The notes below the pieces were generated by a model that saw only the letters and a program-made list of their open reading frames with translations, did not search any database and was not told the origin of the DNA. Both the position numbers and the translations under genes were made by a program. From assembly GCF_009914755.1 (NCBI RefSeq), contig NC_060934.1: a DNA stretch of 64,000 bases; one strand, written 5' to 3'. Shown here piece by piece: positions 32,805 to 48,828 of this stretch; position 1 is the stretch's first letter; each line of letters starts with the position of its first letter. The stretch is from the human T2T-CHM13v2.0 reference genome, Homo sapiens.

Positions 32805-32864
32805 AGTCCTTCTTTGGAAGCCATTGGCTTCTTTGGAAGTCCTTCTTTGGAAGCCATTGGCTTC
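32805..32864. repeat. 33-bp-period tandem duplication with internal palindromes
   Basis: agtccttctttggaagccattggcttc twice. Confidence 0.92.
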
Positions 32865-33279
32865 CTTTCTTTCTGTCCCTTCCTCGCTTTCTCCTTTCCC
32901 TTCTGTGCTTCTACTATCGTTTTCTTCTATATGTCTATTTTCTTCCTAATTTTAGCAGCAGTACTGAAAATTCTAATAAGAAAACTTAGAAGCAACTTTT
33001 TGGAAGTAGTAATGTAATATACAAAAGACCATTGAATTGTATGATTTAAATGGGTGAACTGTGTGATTATATAAATTATATCTTAATAATTGTGTTAAAA
33101 AAAAAGAAGAAAATGTGAGAACTACAAGTGGGTAGTATAGGTAATTGAAGATGCATTTACCTAGCAGTATTCATTCATAAGACTAAGGAATCACTCACTA
33201 CCCACATCCAAAAACGGGCTAAGTTGATGGAGATGGAGCGGTACATTCACTCGACTTGGAGTCACAGCTGTTCTTTTTC

Positions 33280-33860
33280 TTCCCTTCTAGAGGCCAAAAT
33301 GGCAGATGAGTTTGAGGTTACGGCCAAAACTGGAGATTCTGTGTACAGAGTGTATTTATGTGGGTGGGAGTCCTTCCATCGCCGCATAAAGTTTCATCTC
33401 CTAAGCATCGCAGCGTTTGTAGTCTCAGAGGTTAAATTCGACTAACAATGGCTTCCTTTTCTGAGAACGACTTGGTTAAAAGGTGTATGACTCATATTTG
33501 TCAGGGACAATTTGCTTTTATCTGACTTTTTTCCTCATTGACGTCACTTCCTCCTCCTTTCCTTTTCTCAGAGGTAGCGTTGGGATTTGGCAACATGAAT
33601 ACAGCAATTTACAGGGAAGTCACACGTAGTCTCCCGTTTGGCTCCGGTGGCCATGCTTAGAGCTACTCTAGGTTACCCTAGGCCTTCATACACCACCTGC
33701 CCCAACTCACACACTCTCAGCTCTGCATAGGAAATTCGCCACTTTATGGCTTCGCATAAAAGTGCCATTCTGAATAAACGCAGAAGCAATCAAATGCTCT
33801 AGAGTTGTTGGGCTTAAATATCAGTCATGCTTCATCGCAGGCATGCAGGACCTGTTCCTT
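33280..33860. promoter_or_regulatory. Candidate enhancer
   Basis: AP-1 ATGACTCAT 33487-33495, GATA, overlapping CRE/ETS TGACGTCACTTCC 33539-33551; unique sequence with retained CpGs. Confidence 0.5.
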
Positions 33861-34057
33861 GTATGATATCGTCATATAAAGATTAAGGACCTTAGGGGCA
33901 TCTTAATGAGGTGATAATGAGGAAAAAATGTTCTGGTTTTGGGGGGGAGCTGTAGTCTTTACTTTCATGTTCAAAATGGGTTTAATCTGACATTGAACTC
34001 CTTGTTATGCAGTATTAAGGAAGAGTGGGGCGGGAAATGAAGATGGGTACTAAGGTA

Positions 34058-34718
<661 letters not shown>

Positions 34719-35768
34719 GAACTTTCTTAATCTGCCTTTTATTGCTCTTGAACACCTGCCCATAATATGAGGCTCTCCCTTTTACAAGGACTACCCAAGT
34801 CCTAGGGCAGTAACTCCAAGGAGCTTCCTTCTCTAATATCCAGACCTCTTTATGTTCCCTTCCTCTGTATTTATGCCACTGTCTTTGCCGCATTGCACTA
34901 TTATTGTTTTCACGTTATTTCCTAAGGTGCCCTTTGTTACTCTTGAAGACCTGCCATTATTTCAAAACCTTTTCTCTTTATATGAACCACTGTGGAGCAA
35001 TAGGGTGAGGGAGCTTCCGACTTCGCCATACAGATGGTCTTTATTCTCCCTTCCTTCCTCCTTCTTTCTTTTCAGACAGTTGGAATAACCAGATAGTTGA
35101 GAACGTTCTTTGAAATGGGAAGTCACAAACTCTGTCCTTTGCTGAGTGACTTAACCCCTTTGGGGGAAAAAGATTTGTATAAAACCAAGGTGGCATTGTT
35201 ATGACTATTGAATAACAATAGATGAGTTAAATCATTCATTCGTTTGTAACCTAAATATTCCCCTGGGGTTATGACAGGTTTCCTGTATATTTATGCGCAA
35301 AATTACATTTGCCCTGAATCTTCACCCCTTTGACTAAGAGGAGTCTAAAGTCTGTTTGTGTGTGATTCTCCTATTCCAAGAATTACAAAATGTTCTTAGT
35401 CATGTCCTCGTTTTTCTCCCTTGCCAGTTAATTCAGCCCACAATCAATTATCCGTCCATCCTTTCACCTATCTGTTCATCTGTCCATCCGTCTACTCATC
35501 CATTCATTCAACACATATTTATTGAGCATTTAAATGAGGCAGGTACTCAACTAGATGACTAGTGAGGGCTTTGGTGGTGAGTCTGAATATCTGCCCTCTG
35601 GGAGAATAGACAAAGAAGTAGACAAACATTACAATATGTGTTAAGTCCAGTACAGAGTGGACTGGGCACACAGAGAAGGGACAGCTGGCCAGAGTTAGGG
35701 ACTCAGAAAAAGTACCCCTAAAGAAATGCTATCTAAGACCCAAGGGATAAGAAAAAGCAGGGAGGAGG

Positions 35769-36089
<321 letters not shown>

Positions 36090-36427
36090 GCAGAGGGCAG
36101 GAGAGAAGGACTTTTTTTCTGAAAAATATCCAATGATGTATCTACTACTTTCCTAAGCAAACTAATTCATCTTGCTGATTCCCTGAGCCTCTCACATAAT
36201 GATGGATTTTCATGTAGAAAGAGCAGAGATTTGGATTTAGTAGCTCAGGACAATTTTGCTTAAATTTTTCTGGGTGGAGGTTGCCTCATTTGTAATATGT
36301 GCAAGGTAATAATTCCTAACCTACAGAGTTGTTAGAAGAATTAGGTGTGTTACAGGCAAAGCCCCCAGCACATGAGAGACCTTCACATATGGTAGATCTT
36401 ATTACCATGAAAAGCAAAAAAATATAT

Positions 36428-36660
36428 CAGTGGTTCCTAAGGGTGAGGGTGGGGGAGGGCTAGTGGGGTGGGGACTCCCAGGAAGCTCTTTAAAAAAAAA
36501 AAAAAGTAAGGACAAATAAACAAACACACCCATGCTCCGTCGCGGGAGGTTCTGAGTCACTAGGTCTGGGGTGGGTCTCTAACATGTGAGCTCCGTAGGT
36601 GATTCTGATCTTAGCCCCGTAGGTGATTCTGGTCTTAGCCACGGTTGGGAAGTGCCGCTG
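36428..36660. mobile_element. MER5-like hAT element with an internal 24-bp tandem duplication (36593-36640)
   Basis: cagtggttc..aggttctgagtcactaggtctggggtggg..aggtgattctgat. Confidence 0.6.
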
Positions 36661-37608
36661 TACCCTGCAAAGGCAAGGATCTATTTTCATTCATAGAGCT
36701 GCCATTTTAAGTACATTAAAACCACAACTAAAAGCACAGTAACCATGATTTAAAGTAACTATTAAACAGAGTTGGAAGGGCATGCTGATGGTCAGTAACC
36801 ACCCTCCCTGGGTAATTGAGAAGGGACTTATGAATCAGTGAAAGTGGAACTGCAGAATTTCTCAGGCTCTTAGAAATGAGGCCTGTAAAAATGTCTGGCT
36901 GGAGTCAGAGTGGAATTTAGCTGTCATATTTCTCTTGACTGACCACTGTAACCCTTTGGTAATTGATCTAGTAAATTAGTAACTCATATCACACACAGCT
37001 TAAGCTTTCTAGAGTTCATGATTGCTTGCTGAAAATAGACATCTGGCCATAGAATTTCCAGCATAACTAGTAAAGAAAAATTCAGACAGACATTTGCTCG
37101 TGAAAAGTCTCAATATTTCAACCCACAGTCTGAAATTTCAGTTGTTCAGGGTGGAATTCTTGAGTATGTTTGTAAATGTTCCCCGAATGGAGAGTGTTCA
37201 AGCTGTTTGTCTCTTAGTCACTCGCTCACTGTAAGACAACACAACAGAGTTGACGTTTGAATTTGCCTAGAGCTTCAAGACAGTCGCTATCTATGAATTG
37301 CTGGAAAAAAAAATCTCAGGAATAAGCAAGATTTGGTCTTCAGAGGTGGTTGTTTTAGAGATAGGATAAGAGGAGACTAAATATTCTTGGTTTGTCCTGA
37401 ATCATGTCAGCAAAGAAAAAGCCTGGTATATAACTCTTTCCGAATATTACCCAAGGAACTTCCCAGAGAATCACCAGCCAGAGCTTATTAAACCAACCTG
37501 CAGGTTCCTGGGCACTCTTCCAACCTTTCTGTGTTTCTGGGGGTGAGGGCCAAGGCTCCCAGGTGATTTTTATAGTCATGACCACCTTATGAGAAGGTAA
37601 AAAATGAG

Positions 37609-37724
37609 GGTGGGCACTATGGCTCATGCCTGTAATTCCAGCACTTCGTGAGGCTGAGGCAGGAGGATTACTTGAGCCCAGGAGTTCGAAACCAGCCTGG
37701 GCAACAAAGCAAAACACCATCTCT

Positions 37725-37755
<31 letters not shown>

Positions 37756-37932
37756 GAAAATTAGCCGGGCATGGTGGTGCATGCCTGTGGTCCCAGCTAA
37801 TTGGGAGGCAGTGGTGGGAGGATACCTTGAGCCCAGGAGTTAGAGGCTACAGTGAGGCATGATCATGCCACTGAACTCCAGCCTGGGCAACAGAGTGAGA
37901 CCCTGTCTCCAAAAAAAAAAAAAAAAAAAAAA
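37609..37932 (+). mobile_element. AluJ-like with (GAA)8 in the central linker
   Basis: Dimer; GAA units at 37735-37758. Confidence 0.92.
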
Positions 37933-38047
37933 GTAAATAAATAAAAAGAGGGTGATAATGTATTTTTACTACACTTATTTTGCCACAATGGAATTTTATG
38001 TCTGCGCTTAGATTTTTTTTTAAAAAAAGAGTAAATTAAGAGCATGA

Positions 38048-38383
<336 letters not shown>

Positions 38384-40009
38384 ACCCCCTTTACCCATTT
38401 TGAACTTTAGTTGCCTTCTCCATAAATGGCACTGATAAGGGGAGTTATCCTTCCCCCAACATTTCCTTAAAGACCAAATGAAAAAAAATGGGTATGAAAA
38501 TACTTTGTAAACTAAAAATACACAGTTCTATCATTATAGTCATTTTATATATGAAGAATCTACAGTTTAGGATTCCCAGCTGACATTATTCCTGGAAAAA
38601 TGTTAACCAGCCTCCTTAATTTGGCTGTTTTTACTTTTATTCAAAGAGAGGAGGGTGTTTCCATACACAATGAGCCATCTAGCCGTAAGCATAAATAAGG
38701 CAGTTCAGATGTTGCAAAGGAGACAGGGGTCATTAAGTCCTTAACATATCAATCCAGAATTGCATAATGCAAATCTAGAGCAGCTACCAAGGAACAGGAG
38801 AGGCTTAATGTGTTCCCCAAAGCGCATTATGTTATTCTACATCTAGGAAAGTGCTTAAGTCAGAGCTTTCTCCAACCAAAGCAATGTCCACTATCTGTGA
38901 CGGCTTGCCTGCAGAGTTTTTTGTTGTTTTGTTTGTTTGTTTGTTTTTTGCCTGTTTCATGAAAAAAAAAAAAAAAAACTGGCTGTAGAACAAGCCAGCT
39001 TGATGCATTTTGTGACAGATCTCTGCTAATATTCTAATCTCTCAGGCCCCAGACATGAGTCCTCAAAAGAGATGGAAAGACTTTGTCCTAAATGTAGTTG
39101 ATATATAAGAACCTTCCATTATTCGCCTTACCTTACCCATCTGAGCTTCAGTCTAAGAAAGGAGGTTGTCTCCTTCACAAGATGCATTCATTGGCATTTT
39201 CAATTGACAGAGATTGAGTAATGCATTAAGTAGTCCTGTATACAGCTGTTGATACTTAATCACCTGAGATCTCTTCAGTACTATTTATCTGGCATAATCT
39301 GATAGGTGCCCGTCCAATTATTTGCTTTGAATAGATCTATTTCTCAGGCTTAGGGGAAATAGCCATTGATGGTAGAACTCTTACAAGCCCCTACCTAGCC
39401 TCAGTAGCAAACAAGGAAAGGCTGGTGGAGAAGAGAGAACAGGAAGAGAGAAGTAGGACCCATGGCTTAGCCTCTATGGGAGATGAAATGACTCTCTGGA
39501 CTGGAAAGAGGCCTTGCATTCATTCTGCTCATCCACTCATTCATTCATTTCATTCATCTGCTCAACAATATTTACTGCATGCCCCTCTGTGCCAGGCAGT
39601 GTCGTGGGCACAGGGGCTCTGTGCCCTCCTCAGATGAAAGTCACTTAGCACATTGCCATAACCTGGGTTTATAGCCATAGTATTTACAAGTTGGGGAAGT
39701 TTTCCTCTTGCTTTGTTTGGGAGGACAAAGAACTATAAGAAATACTGGGTTAAAGCAAAGGGGAGAAAATCCAGTTCCACCTGGCTCCTCCCTGAATGGG
39801 CTCCCACCCCTTTCTGGGGTAGGTGGAGCAGTCAGAGCCCCTAACCACTGGCTTGGAAAGAAAAATCCTGAAGTCATTTGATCCAGCTCTAAGAGGTGCA
39901 TTCTACCAGGAACTAGAAGGCACCTTCCAGGGAGTTAACCCTTTTGATCACAAGTACAAAATGCAAGACCTTCAAGGCACTAAGAGGATGCAATATATGA
40001 ACTTGGAAA

Positions 40010-40265
40010 AGATGATGATGATGAAATGACAATGATGTGATGATGATGATGACAATGATGACGATAAATAGCTCCCATTTATTGAGCTTTTACTGGGTAT
40101 CAGGTACTGAGCTATGTGCTTTATGTATTATTTCATTGCATCTTCACAACAGTATGAGGTAGATACACTGATTATCTTTATTTTACAGATAAGAAAGTTG
40201 AGTGTAAGAAAAGTTAGGAATTTTGTCCAAAGACACACAACTACTAGATGTCAGAGCTGGGCCAG
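40010..40265 (-). mobile_element. (TGA)n tract followed by MIR
   Basis: gatgatgatg..; catttattgagc..ttttacagataagaaa. Confidence 0.7.
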
Positions 40266-41071
40266 TGTCTGTTTATCTTCCTTCTCTGTTCCTTTGATTC
40301 TGTTTGGGATTATAAAATAATGGGGGCTCACTTCTATGTAAAAAGTCCCATGTGGCTCCTATTCTATTTTGTATGTGTGTCTGTTGATCGAGGAGTTGTT
40401 TGCCTGGCATAGATGGCCCCTCTGATCTGATTCGACTTTCTTGGTCTTGGAAGTCCTCTGTTTTCATTTACTGTCTAGTAAGATGGGGAGGGGCACAAAA
40501 GAAATGTCAGTGTGAGGTTGCCTTTGGCCAGAGTCTTGAGGCCATCCAAGAACCAGCTACCTCTTTAGCCCCGAAGACCTAAGGACCGAAGATCCCGAAG
40601 AAGTAAGTGACATGGAGGAAAGAACAGATGATAACAAACGAGGAGACACAGGAAACACACCAGAGCCAAGGAGAGAGTGGAAATGGTCCTGAGTACGAGC
40701 ACTACTCCTTTTGACATTCCTCAGTGGTGACCAAGCTTTGCTCTTTTAGAGCGGGAGGATCAGCTCTGTGGCTGAATCAGGCTGGGGACAGAAGTGAGTA
40801 ATGCCTCCATAGGTTAAAACAAAACAAAACAAAATGATGACTCCTGATGAGGTTTTCGGGAGTTGCAGAACATGGCACAAACCTGGAATCAATGTCTTAC
40901 TTTCTTTGAAAGGACGGTGTCCACCTGGATGTTTGCACATGGTTGTCTCTGTTCACAAATCTAACACAAGCTTTCCATGGTCCATCCTGTTTGAGGTGGA
41001 ATGCAGTGTTTGCATCCTCAGTACCTGTTCAATATCTGGGACTGAGCAGACACTCCATAAATGTGTGCAGT

Positions 41072-41362
41072 TTATTTTATTTTGAGACAGAGTCTCATTC
41101 TGTCACCCAGGCTGGAGTGAGGTAGTGCAATTATGGCTCACTGCAGCCTTGACCTCCCAGGCTCAAGCAATCCTCCCACCTCAGCCTCTTGAGTAGTTAG
41201 GACTTCAGGCATACACCCAGCTAATATTTTAAAATTATTATTATTTTTTGCAGAGACAGCATCTCTCTATGTTGCCCAGGCTGGTTTTGAACTCCTGGGC
41301 TCAAGTGATCCTCCTGCCTTGGCCTCCCAAATTGCTGGGATTACAGGCCACTGCATCTGGCC
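41072..41362 (-). mobile_element. AluJ-like
   Basis: Diverged dimer. Confidence 0.9.
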
Positions 41363-41789
41363 ATGTGTGTGGTTTAAATGAAGAGCATAGCACTTCTCTT
41401 TGGCAGAGACTGAGCTGAGGAGATAACAGAGCAGAACACAGGAGTACCTGTAGGGCAGGTGGCAATGGCCAGGCCACTGATTAGGCAGGTGGAGAAAGAC
41501 TAAGTGGATGGTGTCTGTTGGAAAGTCCAATAGTATAGAAAAAAGTGTCAATGCAGAGACCACAGGTCTAGAGAATGAAGCCAGACTGTGAGCCTGAGGT
41601 CAAAGCAGGGAGCAGGCCAGAGATGGTGCTTGGGTGTCAAGGAAGGGCCCAAGCATTACAGTGTAGTGAGAAAAGTCTAGGCTTTGGAGTTAGGCAAACT
41701 GAGATTGAATTTTGCCTCTGCTTACTGGCCTCTCTGAGCTTTGGTTTAGTCTTTCCTAGCTGCAAAGTAGAGATAATAAAACCTACTAA

Positions 41790-42713
<924 letters not shown>

Positions 42714-42915
42714 CTGTCTTGTGACGATTGAGTAGACAGCGTTTAGCACAATGTCTGGCATGCAGTAGGTGCTCACAATGTTAGCATCTTTTCCTCATCT
42801 TATACCCGCAAGGAGAAGAAATGAAGTTTATGGTCTGGGATTTCACGCCAGAAGGTCCTGTATCAGTTAGGAAGTCTTAATCATAAGTAATAGAAAATAT
42901 TCATAAGATGGCTTA

Positions 42916-43395
<480 letters not shown>

Positions 43396-44185
43396 TTAGA
43401 CTGATTCCATGGTTGGTAATTTAGCTGCCCAATCATATCTTCAAGGAATCAGGTTATTTCCCTCTTTTCATTTTGTTATCCTCAGTCTGTTTACTCATCC
43501 TCTTAGGTGAGATTCCCACCTAGGCCTAAGCTGGCCGCTGCAGTTCTGAGAGCCACATGAACATAGTAACATCCCTTAAGAAATCTATGTGAGTGCCAGG
43601 GTGGGGCTTTGGTGTTCCTTTTCATGAGCAATGAAAATGTTCTAAAAGGCTCCCCAGCAGACCTCCCCTTGCAACACATGGGTCCACATCCAAACCATTC
43701 ATTTGTCAAGAAGAATGAGACCATCATGACTGGCTTAGATCCATCCAGATTTCAACCCTAGGGCCAGGGAGGAGTCCAACCTTCCTAAAAGGTTGTGATC
43801 ACTTGGGGAAGGGGAACAAAGTCAGGATTCTATTACCGTGAAGATAGGAGAGAATTGCCATTGAGTAGACAGCCCACAGTGCCTCCCACAATCCCCACCA
43901 TTGCTTACTCATCACACCGTTCATCCCGGACATGGCTTCACCATGTGTAGGGGGACTGAGCTTGGACATGGTCTTGGTGGGCATTAGGAGTCATTGTCTT
44001 GGAGATCGGTGATAGAGAATAGAGAATAAGGGAAAGAAGGTGCAAAGATAAGAATAGAAATCTAAATCCAAAGTATCTGGGACACTAAGTCAAAGCCAAG
44101 CCACCAGAATGAGGGCTTGAGAAGGCAAAGGTACAGCCATTTTGGAAATAGTACGGAGATAACTCAAAAAAACTAAAAAGCCACT

Positions 44186-44510
44186 GCCGGGCACGGTAGC
44201 TCATGCCTGTAATTCCAGCACTTTGGGAGGCCGAGGCAGGCAGATCACTTTAGGTCAGGAGTTTGAGACCAGCCTGGCCAACATGGCCAAACCCCAACTC
44301 TACTGAAAATTCAAAAAAAATAGCCAGGCGTGCTGGCGCACGCCTGTAACCTCAGCTTCTTGGGAGGCCAAGGCAGGAGAACTGCTTGAACTAGGGAGGA
44401 GGAAGTTGCAGTAAGCTGAGATCGTGCCACTGCACTCTGACCTGGGCAACAGAGCAAGAATCTGTCTCAAAACAAAAACAAAAACAAACCAAAAAACAAA
44501 AACAAAAAAC
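44186..44510 (+). mobile_element. AluS-like
   Basis: Full dimer, (CAAAAA)n tail. Confidence 0.92.
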
Positions 44511-44963
44511 ACTAAAAAACTGAACTACCATTTGACCCAGCAATCCCACTTTGGGGTATATACCCAAAGGAATTAAAATCATTATGCTGAAGAGATATCT
44601 CCCCTGCCATGTTAATCAAATGTGGTATATAAACTCAGTGAAATACTATTCAGCTTTAAAAAAAACCTGGAAATTCTGTCATTTGTAGAAACATGGATGA
44701 ACCTACAGGACACTATGTTAAATGAAATAAGCCAGGCACAGAATGACAAATACCACTTATGGATCTCAATTATATGCGGAATCTAAAAAAGTCAAACTCA
44801 CAGAAATAGAGAGCAGAATGGTGGTTACCAGAGGCTGCGGCGGGGGTGAATGGAGAAAGAGAAGATGCTGGTCAACAGGTACAAAGCTTCAGTTAAGCAG
44901 GAGGGATAAGATCTGGTGTTCTATATACTGGATCGTGACTATAGCTACTAATAATGCACTGTA

Positions 44964-45271
44964 GGCCAGGCAAGATGGCTCACACCTGTAATCCTAGCAC
45001 TTTGGGAGACCGAGACAGCAGATCACTTGAGGTGAGGAGTTCGAGACCAGCCCGGCCAACATGGTGAAACCCCATCTCTACTAAAACTACAAAAAAAATT
45101 AGCCAGGCATGGTGGTGCATGCCTGTAGTCCCATCTACTCAGGAGCGCTGAGGCAGGAGAATCGCTTGAACCCAGGAGGTGGAGGCTAGAGTCAGCCGAG
45201 ATTGTGCCACTGCACTCCAGCCTGGTTGACAGAGTGAGACTCCATCTCAAAAAAAAAAAAAAAAAAAAAAA
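44964..45271 (+). mobile_element. AluS-like
   Basis: Full dimer. Confidence 0.93.
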
Positions 45272-45422
45272 TGCATGGTGTATTTCAAAATAGCTAACAG
45301 AGAGGATTTTAAATGTTCTCACCACAAAGAAATGATAAATATTTGAGTTGATAGATATGCTAATTAGCCTGATTTGCTCATTCCACAATGTATATGTGTA
45401 TCAAAACATCACATTGTACTTC

Positions 45423-45470
<48 letters not shown>

Positions 45471-45662
45471 CAATTGAAAATAAAACTTAAAAAAAAAGGT
45501 AAAGGGACCAAATGCTAGGCTGATCTTTACTTTTAGCCATGTTTTAGCTATTCTGGGGGCTAGGACAGAACTGAGATTAGTATGTAGGTAGAGTTGAGCC
45601 TATAAGTAGGAGAAATTATCTCCACCTTGAGACAAGAGAAATGTTGAAGAATGAGCAAGCCT

Positions 45663-45975
45663 GGCCAGGTACAGTGGCTCATGCCTATAGTGCCAGCACT
45701 TTGGGAGGCTGAGGCAGATCACTTGAGAATCACCTGAGGCCAGGAGTTCCAGACCAGCCTGGGCAATATGGTAAGACCCCCATCTCTAAAAAAAATTTTT
45801 TAAATTAGCTGGAGGGTGGTGGCACACACCTGTAGTCCTAGCTAGTCAGGAGGCTGAGGGAAGAGGATCACTCGAGCCCAGGAGTTTGAGGCTGCAGTAA
45901 CCTATGATTGTGCCACTGCACTCCAGCCTGGATAGCAAAGCAAGACCCTATCTTTGAAAAATGAAAAATAATTTT
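45663..45975 (+). mobile_element. AluJ-like
   Basis: Full dimer. Confidence 0.9.
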
Positions 45976-45976
45976 A

Positions 45977-46872
<896 letters not shown>

Positions 46873-46907
<35 letters not shown>

Positions 46908-47599
46908 GTGTATATATATATATGTATATATATATGTGTATATATATATATATGTATATATATATGTGTATATATATATGTATATATGTGTATATATGTA
47001 TATGTATATATGTATATATGTATATATATGTATATATGTATATATATGTATATATGTATATATATGTATATATATGTATATATGTATATATGTATATATG
47101 TATATATATGTATATATGTATATATGTATATATATGTATATATGTATATATGTATATATGTATATATGTATATATGTGTATATATATGTATATATGTATA
47201 TATGTATATATGTATATATATGTATATATGTATATATGTATATATATGTATATATGTATATATGTATATATGTATATATGTATATATATGTATATATGTA
47301 TATATGTATATATATGTATATATGTATATGTGTGTATATATGTATATATGTATATGTGTGTATATATGTATATATATGTGTGTATATATGTATATATGTA
47401 TATATGTATATGTATATATATGTGTGTATATATGTATATATATGTATATATGTATATATATGTGTGTATATATGTATATATGTATATATGTATATATATG
47501 TGTGTATATATGTATATATGTATATATGTATATATATGTGTGTATATATGTATATATGTATATATGTATATATATGTGTATATATATATGTATATATAC

Positions 47600-47638
<39 letters not shown>
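46873..47638. repeat. Long (TA)n/(TATATG)n array, ~765 bp
   Basis: Essentially only T/A/G alternations; pure TA runs at both ends. Confidence 0.98.
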
Positions 47639-48034
<396 letters not shown>

Positions 48035-48384
48035 TCACTGGCCCGATTACCTGCTCCCACATTGCTCCTAGAATAAAGACCCAAATCCCTAACCCAGCCT
48101 CTGAGACTTTGTGTGGCCTAGCAGGGCCTCTAAGTATGATTGTGTAGGTGTGCCCTGCACAAGAACATTTGGCTGAGAGATGAATGAGGGCTGAAATCCA
48201 GTCCTCACTCCAGTAACCAAGCATAGGCCCCACATCTTTGTTTGCCTGGAGAGATTGCCTTTTCTAGAGTCACTGGGCTTGTAGCAAGTTCTGGATCCAG
48301 CTCTTGCTCCCTTTCCATTGCCAGGTCCCAGAGGTACTTGTGCCCTTTTCCACTGGCCTTCTCAGAGTTCCCCAGACACACTGT

Positions 48385-48828
48385 TATCTACAGCCACCAG
48401 AGCAAACCACGTCAGTACTGAGTGGCTTGAAAGGATGATATGATATTTATTTTGCTCACAGATCTGAAATCCAGGCAGCGCTCACTCCACTTGGCATCTG
48501 CTGCAGTGGCTCAGAGGCTGGGTCTGGAGTCATCTGAAGGCCCTTTCACTCTTGTGTCTGGAGGGCAATTGGCCCTTGCCAGCTGGGACTTTTCCACGTG
48601 GCTCCATGGGTGCCTCACAGCATGGTCCTGGGTCCCAAGAAGACGAGATAGAACATTTTTAGATTTAGCCTCAGAAGTCACATGGCATCACATCTGCAGT
48701 AGGCCCACTGGATTCAAGGGGACACAGACCTTCATCTCTCCATGGGTGAGTGTGGCCTCATGTTGCAGGAAGAGCTATGGAGTATCACAAAGTGATGCAG
48801 CCATCTTTAGAAAATGCACTCTGCCACA
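48385..48828 (-). mobile_element. MLT1-like LTR nested in L2 (L2 about 48030-48120 and 48830-49260)
   Basis: agtggcttgaa..tttattttgctcacagatctg..cagccatctttagaaaatgcactctgccaca. Confidence 0.7.

Larger units (their letters stand above)
44130..45497 (+). mobile_element. L1MA-like 3' end with nested Alus and (TG)n at 45426-45468
   Basis: cagcaatcccact..aaataagccaggcacaga..atcaaaacatcacattgtac. Confidence 0.85.
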
